A stretch of 64,000 bases of DNA from NCBI RefSeq assembly GCF_000150275.1, contig NW_002060947.1, positions 5,180,267 through 5,244,266 of the forward strand, written 5' to 3'. How positions within the stretch are numbered: position 1 is the first letter of the stretch; the number at the start of each line of letters is the position of its first letter. Under the pieces are notes generated by a model. The model had not been told where the DNA came from. It worked only from the letters and a program-made list of their open reading frames with translations, and made no database searches. Position numbers and translations under genes: made by a program. The stretch comes from Trichoplax adhaerens (taxonomy: Eukaryota > Animalia > Placozoa). Below, one piece after another: positions 36,881 through 54,079 of this stretch.

Positions 36881-38402
36881 CTGATTTATGCTGTATTTCA
36901 ATTAATAAAAGTCAATAAAGACCAGTATACTAATTAAAATGTATCTGCTGTATCCAATAGTTATAGAATCTATGCTTAATACAGGCTAGGAAGCGTTTAA
37001 GCCTTATCTGTTGGAGTAAAAATTCTGATAGAGCAGATGTAGTACCATGATACAGTTTCGTGTGTCAAAATTCAGTCGTTAGAACAAGAAAAATACAAGT
37101 TAAATTAAAACGTCTTCAAATATTATTGTATCTAATAAAAGCATTTAGGTATAAATTTTCTAAATAAATTACAGTGGCTAGTGCTAATTGGGACTTTTAG
37201 ATACCGTAGAAAGGCATATACGTTCGGTATTTCGTATAATAAACAGTTCTTATGTTAAATATGTACAAACCACAGATCATACAGACATGTACATATCATT
37301 TATGAATAAATATGTGCATCCCACGTGAAGGTGTTATTTTTTTTAACCAAAAAGTCAAGTGAACTTTGCTTAATACATTTGGATATAAGTGAATTTTTCG
37401 CAAGTCACAAAAAAAATATTTCGCTCAAATTAGCACTTCGTAAGACAATACTAATAGGGTGTCATTATTAGCTTAATAAATTGCCATAAAGTCCTAAATT
37501 TAAATCCTCAGGTTTAATATGCTATGTTACTGTAATAAAAAGAAAAACACTATTAATTTGTAAAATTAAAGTAAAGCAATGCGTTAATTACATGTTTGAA
37601 GCCATTAAGTCTGCTATACTGCCATACATTAAGCATTAGTTGCATTGTTACAAACATTGAGTGATTTTCGTCTATTTACTAACACATTCGAATGTGTTAA
37701 TCTTATAAATATTATTTACCACTATCTAACTGATGCTAGTTCTGTGATTACAACTTACTTATTCATGAAACTAAAGTTTCACAGCACAAAATAAAAACTT
37801 TTTTATATTTATTTATTAATATTGTATGGTCCGATACCCTTTCATAACAATATTACACTCAATTTATCAGCATTAATTCCAATAGCTTAATCATAATTCT
37901 ATAGTTCTCTTAAATGAAATATGCATCAAGTGTTTTATGGAAATCTTCAAGAAGCTAAGATTATCTCTTATATTCTTAAAACAGATAAGGAAGTTTAGCA
38001 AATGTATTGATTCCAGCTAATTGTAGTAGTACAGTAAGTGGCTAACATGATGAGATGGCGCACTTGTACTATTTTTATAGAAGACTGTAATAGCAGGAGG
38101 CTATTACTCGGTCATTACAGCAAAGTAGTTTTATTCTCAGCCGGGCGGGGATTGTTTAAGTTAAATATTGTAATTTTAAATATTTATGAAAAATTTTCGT
38201 TGATCTACCATTTACTGTAATAATTTTTTTGAATAGATTAAAGAGGTTTCTTTAAGTATCATAAGCCCTTAATTTTAAAATTAAATTTACTTTTTAAATG
38301 ATTTTGTATCTGCGTATACAAGATAAAATGTAATTAAGGTTAGCAAAAAATTACGATATAATAATCCTCGTTCGCCATATGATTATATCATAATGGACAT
38401 AT

Positions 38403-41400
38403 TTAATAAGTAAATTCTTTAATATTTGAATCCAATTTGTTCTCAGAGGGGTTATCTTCTTTCGATACTAGTGCTATTGGTGTTTTTATCGTTAGTTCTG
38501 TAGATTCATCACTAGAGTTAGCATCATGAGATCCGGCTGAATCTGATTCATGGTCTGCATCTTCAATTGGAATATCTAATTCCTTAGTATCGTCATTGAT
38601 TGCGTCTGAGAACAAGATACATGAGACTTATCCATAAAATTGAAAAATTCATTTTTTGAAATGTAGTATTAAACTTACAATTATTATCTGTAACTGCTTG
38701 ATTTAATACTGCCATCCATCTACACAAATTAGTAATAAGAAACTTTACAAAGGTGTTTCGAAATCATTTTAAGTACCGTATATTATAATCGTTCAATATC
38801 ATACTTAGTCATTTCTTCTCGATTATCTGCGTTTAAATAACAGATAGCTGTATGGTCCTTGGTGCAAATTTGAAAGGCACTAAATATTGCAAACGACATG
38901 GGTTGTCTGATCTTAAACCCAGAATATCGTAGTAAAAGCAAGCACGAAAGAAATATACTGACTGCCGCTTTACGCCAGATGGAAGTACAATGTAGTCGAT
39001 AAGAGAAATTTTCTCCAGTAATTCAATCTAAATTAAAGATAGCATAAAATTGGCACTATATTTGCGATATTATTAAAGTCAAAACTGCATTTAGAATCTG
39101 TACGTTAGCTTGGGCTATATTTAAAAGAACAATTATATCCGAGGACATTTCATGAAGAGTTCGCACCTCATTCTTCTTATATATGTATAAATTAGTATCT
39201 AGTAATCGAAACCAGCATCGACACCATTGCTTCGATAAATTAGAACCTGAAAATTATTCAAGGAATCTAATATGTTGGCTAAGTTCGTAACATACAATAT
39301 GAATAATGGCAAAATCGTTGTCGAATTACCTGGTCTTGTGGGCTTAATCCACAGAAATCCAGCTAAATCACTTCGACCTACCATTTCGTAGAAAGTTATA
39401 ATCATGAACAACATAATTACGAATTGGTAGCATAGTTGCCTTTCGTATTTGTGATTAAACCACCTCATCAAGTATTAATATTGTATAAAAGTGTTTCAAG
39501 CTAGAAGTATTCCTAATTTGCAACCAAGATGAGAAAGTAATTTCTTTGTCCTACATGACAAAGAACTGGAATGTCAATCAAACGGTATCCCAATGTTAGA
39601 TTTCATTGGGTAAAGACATAGTAAGGCCCGGAAATTCTTAGCCTACTCTACTAACTGAAGAATCATAACTTGAATAGATTTTAGAGCTTAAAACAGATTT
39701 AGCTATGAGAATTACTTCATCTTGACAATTGATTAAATAAATGCATATTAGAAAATTCATTATTATTAACTAAACTAGTCTAATCCTTTCCAATTTATAA
39801 GATAACTGAATGAATTAACTCCAGATTGCAATTTAACAAACATATGTTAAGGTTATCATACCAGAAGAATTTATCTAAACCTAGAAACTATACTTGCAAT
39901 TTTTAACATATTTAGCCATTAATCAAGTAAAGGCAAATTAGAAAGTCTATAATTACTGACATAACTGCAGCCTGATTCTGTTGAATTTATTATACGTATT
40001 AGTAAATTAATTAACTCTAGAGCACAGTTCAACAAAAACTGGTGCTATCATATTAGAATAGCTCATGCAAACTTAGAAGCTATGCTTTCAATTCCTAACA
40101 CTATTCAGATCAATTAAGATGCTTCGGTTAAACAAGTTCGTAATTACTATTTCAGTCTAACTATTCCTAAAATAAGGATTACAAATACATCAATGATCGT
40201 TATCCTTTAAAATTACACTTAGGAGGACGGTGAATGTTACTGGCCCACAAGTACATCTCAAATCGAATATGAAATTATTCTATAATACACACGTCAATAT
40301 AATTTACTTTCATGACCATTAAAGAGCAGGGTGTACTGATTGGCATGACATCTTGGCATTTTAAGCTACTACATCATGTAAATGCTTCTATGCAATATCG
40401 CTTACTAATCGCAATTATAACTATAATCACCTCCTCGGTACTTGTTCACTTTATGCAGTAATTCCTGTATAAGCAAAATAATATTTAAATTATGTACTAT
40501 CGAAACATTCTCTATTGGAAAATATCCTGTTACAAATTGTTATAGAAAGAAAATTCCGTCGTGAATGTGATGCGAATAATATCATGTAACAGTCTCTTTA
40601 TTATACGTATCTTATTATTTGCAGAATGAAATCTTAAAACAAGTTTCTGTAAGAATTATTTGTATTTTATAATTTTAAAAATAGCTTTTCAAATATTAAG
40701 TCACTGATTAGCTGTAACTTACATTCTCGGAAATAGCTGAAAAGCTACGATCTTTATTTCGACGGCCTAAATATACGCAAAATTCATGAAGCGAAATAAA
40801 ATACCATCTGATCTTAGAAATTTACGGCTGAACTATAATAAACTTACCAAATACAGCACTATCTCTCCTATGTCCAGTCTGTAGAATAGATCATAGGGAT
40901 TAGCTAAACATTGGTTATAAGTGAAGTAGTATAATATTTCCATTTTTGCAATCATCAGAACCTATCAAATTAATAATAACTTAAAGCTGAATTATCGTTT
41001 ACTTACACCGGAAGATTGTCCTCCCCAATCTATTAAAAATTATGATTTAATGAGATAATGATTTTTTAGCATTTACATGAATTAAAAATTGCAAATGACA
41101 GAACATAGTCCGATTACTAGAATATAAACATAGACATTACCCCATAGAGACTGGTTGCTAAAACGCTTCTTGATCTGCTCAAAAAGAGTTATGGATGGTG
41201 AATACAAAACATTATTCACCTCGAATGATAATTTATAATTTTTCTGACAATTAATTAATATTGTGAAATGGTGTCGAAAATTGAGTTTACCCTTTGCTTA
41301 ATCCCAGTAAAACCCTTGCGGTTTTTACCAGGTGAGCTATTACTCCTTACGGGAACTGATGAATCTATAGAAGACAAGTAGCAATCGGTAGGTTTTATGA

Positions 41401-44400
41401 CAATAAAAGGTGCTTATGAATTGATGATAGCGATATTCTCACTTACTTTTTTCTCCAATTGACGCAAATTCCTAAATCAAAAAATTGATATTTAGAGATT
41501 CATCGTGTCTGAGAAAAATATTTTAGAGCTATGCTATTTATAGCTAACTTTGTGATCCATTCCGATTAATGGCGGACTTTCAACAACATCTGCCAAAATG
41601 AACGACAATCATCAATTATGTCTATAATAAAATTTTCTCTTTTTCATTTTCAATTAAGCTGTAATATCATTGATAGCATCTTGGGTATTAACTAAACTTT
41701 AATAATATCAAAAAATCTTCTAAGTGCATAATTAATCACTATACGAGTATAGACAGCCTTTCAATACCGTAAGATAAATTAAACTAGTAAATTTTATTAG
41801 CATGCAAAATCGCTAAACAATTAGGAATCAATACGTTTAAACTATAGTTAAATTTCGACAATTTCAGAAGGTAAAAAATTAAAACTTATTAGTAAGTAAT
41901 TAAACCTTTCAATACCTGCAAATTCGTAGTCGTCCATATCAAGGCTCTTTTGCTCGGCTATTATTAAAGATCTCTTCCGCAATTCTATATAAACAAACGT
42001 AACATCCCAGCGTGTTTTAGTCATTGTATATTCAAATAATTGCAATACCTAAGCCAGAATGAAACTATACCCCGTTCTGGAGATGAGTAACGATCCATGC
42101 TTAATCCTTCAACAGCAGCACCCAAGGACATTTGGCGTCTAATTCTAGGATTATTGCCAAATTGATCGGCTAATAGGTAAAACATAAAGGCATACATTTA
42201 TATAATCAAAGAACTTAAAATGGGTCATACCCAGGCATTCTTAGGACAATAAATATATGTAATAAAATAATTTCGATAAATACATAGTATAATTTCTGGT
42301 TTTAAAATGAGAACTATCATGTCCCATTTTACAATTTTATTCAAAATCCAATGCAATGTTAATTACTATACAGTATTACCATAATTATCTTCTCCATTGG
42401 ATAAATGTGCTAAATTATCTTGAGAAGCACATTTACTTATAACGTCTTTCTTGATTTTAACAGCATCTTGCAATTGTGAATGAGAGATTGATGTTCGAAG
42501 ATTACAATTTTCAGGTAGTGCTTTGTCGTTGATGAGCGATTGCTTTTGAATTACATATACTTTAAGAACAGGATATGATTTAATTAATTTGACTACGTTT
42601 ACTTCTTGCCAGCCCGCCTAATAAAACGACAAGTTTGTTTATTCATAAGTAAGATGTAAATAAATTTAAAAGTGAAATTATTATAGTGGCTTCTCGTTAT
42701 ACATTTTCCTATCAGTTTTTAAAATAGATAAATCTTTAAACTTGTACTAGCTAAAACAGGCACGCATGTAAACTGGTTACCGCATCCCATTACTATGTTG
42801 CCGTATCCAGTGCATTGCAGAAGAAATTAATTGCTAATATTATAGCAAAAAGTATGCTATGTCTCTAATAATTAATTATTCTTGGCACCATTTAGAGTCA
42901 CATTTAAATCACACAAATGTTACGATGCCAAATTACTAAAAGTGCACCACAAGTTTCATGGTAGGGTATAAAAGGACGAGCGAATACTCGGCTCCTTAGT
43001 TCATAATTAGATGGAGTGCTGGAAGGCACTCGATTACTCTATTAATAAAACTATGCTAATCTATTAGAACAATCTTATCCCTGTGTGACCGTAAGTAGTA
43101 TAGGACTACCACACAGTAGACCTCCAGGTTTAGTGGAGTTTGTAATAAGTAATCTATTAATTTAGGATAGTAGTTCGCACTCAAGCTAGTGACAATCAGG
43201 TTTCAAATTCAGATTACATGTTTAAGTTACATAGTAAAGAATCTTACCACATTTTGTTCATTAATTTGAAATACTTCATCACCTTCTTCCAATTCGCTGT
43301 TATATGCTGGGGACTTTTAGTAAAATTAAGCGCTTTGTTAGATAAATTCATAATTTTATGTTTCTAGAAGCAAATAAAAGTACGTGCACATAACGTTTAA
43401 TTCTTTAAAAAATTAGTTTACTCACATCAGGTTTAATGCTCTCAATTATAAAGGTTCCGGAGATACTTGGAACAAGCTTTACCCCCTAAGTATTATATGA
43501 GTATATCATGACTTATGGTTTTAAGAAACAATGATCATGTGACGTCCTCACAAATATTAATCTAATATTATTTCATGACCGGAATATACCATTATAAAAG
43601 TACAGTATTTATCATTTATGTCATACAATCCATGTATTCTTTACCAAAATATCATCATTTTTGTTTATAATAGCTCGTTTTAAATTGGTAGGATAAGTTA
43701 ATAATGAGTAGTCCTTCGTTTCATCCATAATTTTATTGCAAATAGTACTGGCTTCCTGACACTAAATACAATAGAAATGCAAGCGATGAAAATAGCATCA
43801 AGATTTACTATCCGGTACACAGTGTACTATGATATTTAATTAATATTGTAAATATTCTAATTCAATTAATATTGAATATAGGTATAGATTTACTTCTGCT
43901 ATAAGGACTTACGAATTCTTGAAATTTCGATTTTGAAATTGTGTTGCTGGTCTAAAAACATAATTTTAATGTTCTGTTAAACGCCATTATGGCCTTCTTT
44001 TAAGTTAACGATTAAGAAATTATAAATTTTTTGCAGGGGAATGCGAATTTGCCAACCGTAATAGGGCTATGGCTTTATCGATTGATTGCTTAATTTTATG
44101 TTATACCAATAATTACCGAACTATTTGTACACCAAACCAATTCATCTGCGAACCTCTTAGCTAGTCTATTCAGTCCATGGTAACCTCGTAATGTAGAAAA
44201 TGGTGGACTATATGAGCAATAAATAGGGGTTAGATTTGACTACTTTTAATTTTTCAGTTTATAGAATACCTGTAATTCTCTCAGAATAATAAATTTCTCA
44301 AGATTTTAATACAAGCTACGATAAAATTCTTCATAGAGATATTATTTTTAACGCAATACTATAGAATAAGCAAGTATGTCGTCCTAAGCTCGTACTGTGA

Positions 44401-47400
44401 AATTCATCATTGATTTACCTGTTTAAAATAAAGGCTAATTGTCGAGAAGCTTTAGTTAGCTTCAAAAAGTGCAGTGCTGAAGTTCGAGGCGCCAAAGTCA
44501 ATCTATTTAATTTACGGGCTGCAAACAGTGCAGTCTGATTTTGTAGCGTTGATTGCTACGGTATCATTGAATTCGAAAAAAGGAAATACACATATTATAG
44601 CTATTAGTAATGTTGAAGACTGTATCAAAATAGCTAAGAACAACATGAACGCTTATGAGGGACTATTGTCATTTAATAATATAATTAGTACACCGAATAA
44701 TCTTAAAACGTTTATATGTTCAATTGATATGTGGTAATAAATATCGATCTAGCAACATCATTAACTACTGTACTCTAAAGTTAAGTAATATAAAGACTGA
44801 CTCTGATATACGTTAAATGCAGAGCATAATCATCTTGCATATGATTTGCAAGATATAAAGTAACTACAAGAAGAAGGTATAAACTTACCAGGATGCTTAA
44901 TGAAAGAATTGATTTTAATATCGTAAGACGATGATTGAAGCTTTCGATCTATAAATGAAAATATCGTGACAAAACCAATAACGCAAGTGTACGTATATGT
45001 TTTGTTGATATATGTTACAGAATGCTCATCGTTATTTCCAGACACGTACTAGTATGTCCATTGATTTTAAGTTATTGTTTATTATAATGTTAAAAAGTTA
45101 ATAATTCTTAATATCAAGATGTAGATTTAAAACAAAACTGCTTCACCTATTAATTATTGCAACTGAAAATCTAAAAATTGTAATTCAGAATAACAAACTA
45201 AAAATATATCAGAATAGATTTTCCTACAATTATACCGATATCGTATAATATTTCTAGGTCTCTAATAGTTAATATTAAGAAACTAGTAAAACTACAAGCA
45301 GGTAGAGCTAATTTTGTGTTGACATTCCGTAAGTAAGATATTATGCGAGCGATTAGGCCATAGGTTATTCAAACTGTTACAGCTTGCATTATCGTTTGCA
45401 ACTAGAGATTATGTGCTTTATATGATTGAAATGATATTGACTTGGATCAACTTACTTGCATGTTAATAAGGTCATGATGATTTAATTCAAGTAATCGTTC
45501 TCCATCAATATCATCTTGAAAGCAAGCCAAGAAGGATGATACGTTTTCAGTATCATCGATGCCTAGCAAAATAAGATAAAAACATTAAGAAAAACTGCTG
45601 ATAAATTAATAGCAGAATATGGCCAAACACTCCGAGCTTGCACTCTAGAATATCATTTATCATTCATTTGTATTATTGACGGTGCGATTATTGAAGAAAA
45701 TTAGTAAGGCTAGAATGATTAAGGAAACATTTAACGGTATTATTGTATGTTATTCTTTCTCGATATATCAAATCTTTTATCATCATTTTGTCCGTTGCGC
45801 AATAACATGGAAGACAATGAATTGCCTTTTCTATTTCGGAATTAGATATCAAATGAATAAATTGGCATGCATACGGTATGCATAAATCGCACAATGAAAT
45901 AGCATTTTTACAGTTATAAAAGCTCTTTTAAATATTTATAAACTACTGTACTGATAACAAGTTTATATGGATGAGTGGACGATTTTTTTCTGTTTCATTT
46001 TAATTGGAACATATTTATAAAATTGATAGTGTCAAGATTTCTGTTACTCTAATTGTACTTTTAGTTTACAATATAATAATACTGTCCTCTAACTACTTGT
46101 TAAAATTCAAGTCTTATATCCATTTGTTAGCATGAAACTATTAGAATATGAATGTTCTACGGGTTTGGCTATGATTATACCAATGATAGTTTAATTGTAA
46201 AAATCCGATCAAGGTTCATACAATTTTAATCTGAAACTCCTAAACAAATTCAATCAGCCCTATTTAATAAGCATAATTAAATAATTGTGTTAAATTGTAA
46301 TAAAATGAAAGACCGCACTCGATTTTTTCTACTTAATCGGCTTCCAGGGAGACATAGGCTATTATGAAGTAATATAGTTTATCGGAAACAATTTAAATTT
46401 ATTCAATTTTAGGCAATTTGACGTTTACAGTAAAGATTGTCAAAGCAGATAAACTAAACTATAACAGTAAAGGTCATGATGCATGGATATGGTCATATGT
46501 AGTAATGCTGTAAATTTCATAGAAATATTGAACAGTATGAAACGCCTATGTTTTTCGCTCGGTCTTTGCCATAGCTATCACGAAAACGGATAACAAATTA
46601 AGATACGTTAATATCGTTATGCACATAGATATTTTAGAGTCATATGAATAACCAGAAGTACGATTATACCATTAATTACATTTCCTTCAGCAATCTTTAC
46701 TATAATCGTGCTATACGATGTAAGGACCATAAATTATCAATTTTTTATCTGGAATAATATTCTATGTTCTCTATGTGGTATAGAACAAAGGTTATAATGT
46801 GTAGCATTTATTTCCCTTAGCTACCCTTGTCATAGCTGTTTACCTATCGTGAAAGAAACGAAGACAAATGCTAACTAAATAAACTATAATATCGACAATA
46901 TTGATAAATAATGCATGATTAATCTGTCTCCAATGGTATTACTATTACTATTCTATACCGTATGAAATCTATTGAACAATGAAACCTTGGGTAGAGTTTC
47001 TATGAATAAATAAAAATTTATCGTTATTGCTGTCATTTTCCAAAATCTTCATATCAGTCATCTTTCCATTTTGGAATATAGCAGAATTTTAGATTGTCAT
47101 CTTCAAAGGATGTGCATGCGCAGCCGAAGCAAATGTAACAAATTTATGTTCAATTAAATAATCGATTCGTAGATATTACGTTAGGATTTAAGGACGATTC
47201 TATCGCTATTCTAGTAATTTTAAAAGCATAGCATTAATATTCTAGTTAGTTAATTGAGTATGCAAGATATCACGATGATTGCTACGATCAAAGCGAAACT
47301 AAAGGAAAAGTATGACATGACGGTCAGTCCAATTTATTTTATAGATCCTGATTGACCTCGCAAAATGTATAAATAGTGATAGGACTAATAGGTACAGTAG

Positions 47401-48051
47401 GCGCTGTAGGCGAAAAGTAAGGAAATGGAATTAATTCTAGACCGTCACTATAATAATAATACAAGGCCATAAAATATGTAATAAAAATTAATTCCTATTT
47501 AATTAAATTACGGAATGACTGCAAATGATACCAAGGAATAAGATCGACTACAGCAGTATGCTCTCATACCGTACTGTTATAAGGCTAAGACCGGGATCTG
47601 TTTTCTAATTTTGTCTGGTTCTGAGCATCATCGCATTGCTAAAAAGTATGACATAACTTCAGATCTTATTTATGTCAAGCATAATCGCAAGACCTCAGAA
47701 GTTATGACAGTTTCAGCCGATTGGATTCTAGTTAGTTACATCTTCTTTTGGGTAATTTTAAATTACCACCGCTGCACTGAACAGCTTAAAGCTCTAACCT
47801 TTCATTACTTATATATCTAATATAGTGAACTATAATTAAACTTTTAAATCTTACTGATGACAATTACACACCATAGAATTTAGAACTGCAAGTTATGATT
47901 CTCGCGGTCTTCATATTATCCAAGTCAACAGAAGATTGTATTTAGCGTTAATTAAGAAATAATTTTAACTATCGTTTCCAAACTCACCTTTCAACCAATC
48001 TACAACATCTGCTGAACTCCATAAGTAAACTGATCGGAAATCGCCAAACAT
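38403..48051 (-). CDS. cnk: Connector enhancer of KSR (CNK/CNKSR-like) scaffold: SAM-CRIC-PDZ-linker-PH, multi-exon
   Basis: Spliced translation: SAM (VYLWSSADVVDWLKGIDD...IDGERLLELNHHDL...NHRLTILKSI); CRIC (LKLTKASRQLAFILNSPPF...ICNKI); PDZ (ILGVKLVP...SPAYNSELEEGDEVFQINEQNVAGWQ); PH (GRSDLAGFLWIK...KQWCRCWFRLLDTNLYIY...AFQI...YLNADNREEMTKWMAVL). ATG at 48051, stop at 38403-38405. Linker exons are less certain. Confidence 0.85.
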
Positions 48052-48491
48052 GACGTGATGCAATGGTTGGATAATACCTTCTTATTTTAAATTCTCTTGA
48101 TAAAAATGATGAATAGGTAACTAAACTTGCCGTTTTATATCAGCAGTGTAACGACTTCACAATTTTTGTAATAAAGAATTTTATTTCGTCATTTAATATT
48201 TTATACGGTGCACAATGAATCTACTAGACAACCAATAACTTATAGAAAAGCTACTACACAATTACATTGCGTTTTAGTCCAATTATTAAATAATTAATTT
48301 TTCAACTCTTTGTATAAATTCAGGTCAAAAACATGAACCAAGTGGAGAAGGTTAACATTATAATAACTTGGAATACTTTAATTATCATTAGTTTTCTAGG
48401 GCTGTACTCTTTACAATCTATATACAATAGCTTTAGAATTAAAACCGTATCAATATCAGTTGTTTGAAATTTACATATGAGCAAGTCAGCA

Positions 48492-51386
<2,895 letters not shown>

Positions 51387-52117
51387 GCTGCAAAAGATGG
51401 ATCAGTAACTAGAATCCAAGGCCTCTTATTCGGTTATTCATTAGAAATAATCTTGTAGAAATGAAGAGCATCAGGATTAGTCGAAGATAGTGAGAGATTT
51501 TACTAGCCGCTACCACACTTAGATCATGCCAAGCCGCGCCTGATTGAGAGAGTTAAAGTGGGTAAAAGTCCATGACGCAGTCCTACAGTATAGCGCAATA
51601 TAGTCTTGCAATAGACTACTTGTGTACCGTAGCCACCGACAGTACAGTACAGTACAGTACTGTACAGTACAGTGCTACAGTGCACAGTACAACATTGTAC
51701 TGTACTGTACTGTACTATACTGTACTGTACTGTACTGCACTGCTCGGTGCTTCTGCTCCGAAATTGCAACCCGATTACCATTTAATGTACTCATAGCTAT
51801 TAAAATTGGAGATTTTGCAAACATCTCTAACCGATGGTGATTCAAGATTGATATACTGTTGCTGCATTATAAGGATATTTTCATACTTTGCATACTGTAG
51901 TGTAGAGCGCACAGCAAACTCCAACTAACTTAAGCTCCATTTATAAATTGGCTAAAACGCTCAATTACAGCTATTAAATTATCTCTTCTTGTCCGCACTG
52001 CATCATAAACTGTTTATGCGTATGCGTACCCAACTGTACATAATTGGACCTATAAAGATTCAAGATTAATTCGAGATTACATCGTTACAGAAATTGAAGG
52101 AGGAAACAAGATAGAAC
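51387..52117. promoter_or_regulatory. Putative bidirectional promoter region (CCDC174 / EXOSC8)
   Basis: 731 bp between two divergent start codons; contains the ACAGT fold-back array. Confidence 0.55.
51639..51742. repeat. (ACAGT)n / (ACTGT)n pentanucleotide array arranged as an inverted repeat
   Basis: Left half mostly ACAGT units, right half ACTGT units, meeting at GTACAA-CA-TTGTAC near 51690. Confidence 0.92.
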
Positions 52118-54079
52118 ATGGCTTTGCAATTCAAGTATGCTTGACACAATAACTTAATACTTGCTATACTGATCATCACTTTAATCATGCTTATTACCTT
52201 TATTGATCATCAATTTTAGAACGTTGAGGCCTAAGGAATTCTACGACAGATTTATTGTAAGCCCATTATAGTTAAAAATGGCCTCGATCGACATATTGCA
52301 CATTGAGGTTCAAAATAAGTTCGTATCGCTGCCAAGGATGGCACGTAATGAGTAATTTATTCCTCTCTTCTAGGCTGAAAATATCAGACCTGATCGCAGG
52401 ACGTTTAAGCAATTTCGAAAAACAACAGTCAATGTTGGTGAGTCTAGTGGTTATGAATCAATAAATAAAAATTAGCTCAAATACCCTAATTCTAATAAAA
52501 GCAAAGGTACGATAGGACACTGTTTTATTGGTTAACAATAACTGCATATTTTGCAGACATTGTAGTTAGTCTATACTCTACCTCTGTTTATGCTTTTTGC
52601 CTAATTGGTCTCAGTTTAGTGATATGGAAATAGTGTATATCTTTACTCTCATGTTCGTATATGTATGTTCATACTTTTCGAAGTATACCTAAAATCACAA
52701 TCTAGGAATAGTCACGCCTGCTAAATGAATCATTATAATCTACTTTGTTGGTAAAGGGTCGATTACTACTGCTAACGGATCCGCATTAGTTAAAATTGGT
52801 AACACCACTATGCTATGTGGTATAAAGACTGTAAGTTGCTCATCACTATTTTATCATTATAATAAGCGATACTAAGCTAATTCGTAAACTGGATAAACTT
52901 CGTAACGATAGCTTTGCAAAGACAGTTTTTTGATAATGTTTTTGAATTAATGTAGGAATTTGCGGTCCCGAAGTTAGATAGTCCTGACCATGGCTACATT
53001 GGTGTGTTCATTTGATTGAGGATATACATCAGAGTTACGGTATACAGTGTCTGCTTTCTACTAATATACATTGTTATTGGTTGTTTCCATTCAGTTCCAA
53101 ATGTAGACTTGCCCCCATTATGCTCTTATCGATTTCGTCCCGGGCCTCCAGGGGAACAAGCTCAAGTATGCAGCCAATATTTAGCAGACATAATCAAAAG
53201 GTTCTTTGTCGTATGGCATCTATTCTTTAACTTCTCTATTATTGACTACTGTAGTAATTGCATTTTTAAAATTCTCATTTATAGCTGTAACTTGATCAAT
53301 CTGAAGGATTTATGTATTGTTAAAGAGAAGGTAATCATAGTGCACGTACTTTTTACCAAAATTTACCCATCAACTTTGCAAAAATTTGGTTACAACTATT
53401 TCCTTCATTTCTCAGCTCGCGTGGGTCATTTATATTGATTTACTATGCCTGGACTGCGATGGAAATGTACTAGATGCTAGTGTTATTGCAATGTTGGCTG
53501 CCTTGCGAAGTGGTACTTTTGCGCTATTTTCTACTCTATCTTGATACCGTTTTCAAAGTGTGTCTATATACTCAATTAACTACCATGAATCTTCTATAGC
53601 TAAGTTTCCGAAAGTAGAAATTGATGAAGAAGTTGATAAACCAATTGTCTCGAAAGATGAATCATTTTCTCTAAATGTTAACGACTGTCCTATCTCTTCC
53701 ACATTTGTATTATTTGATAAGTATGTCTGTCTTTACTGGACTGCTGCAGTTTTATCGCAAATAACATGATCTTCATTTGCAACTGTAGAAATTTAATACT
53801 AGCGGATCCGACTTCCGAAGAAGAAAATTTATCCAGCGGCTACCTCACCATTACAGTTAATAATGATGATGGATTATCTAACGTTCTAAAACCAGGTTTA
53901 GTTTCTGACTTAAGACAATAATTATTAAGGTACAAGTATGCCATAGGAATAGCTTGTGTATGTTTTATCGCGTTATCTTAGGTGGACGTGGCGTAAATGA
54001 CGCCGAATTAAATGAATGTATAACATTGGCTATAAAAAGAGCACGGGATATGCGAGATCTACTATCAAAATTATGTTGA
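52118..54079 (+). CDS. EXOSC8: Exosome complex component RRP43, multi-exon
   Basis: [14 protein letters not shown]...[42 protein letters not shown]...[26 protein letters not shown]...[28 protein letters not shown]...DPTSEEE...KPGG. Stop TGA at 54077-54079. Confidence 0.95.

Noticed and set aside
36985-37067. Short fragment resembling the 3' part of family A next to copy 3
   Set aside because: Too short and degenerate to delimit; not a paired LTR with an internal domain.
44270-44358. AG/GT-bounded segment with an in-frame TGA in the CNK CRIC region (possible readthrough or selenocysteine)
   Set aside because: The exon ending at 44419 splices in frame directly to the exon starting near 44207 and completes the CRIC domain, so this segment is intronic.
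51524-51840. Cys/Thr/Val/Tyr-rich ORFs (also 56417-56896)
   Set aside because: Translations of the stop-free ACAGT/ACTGT microsatellite.
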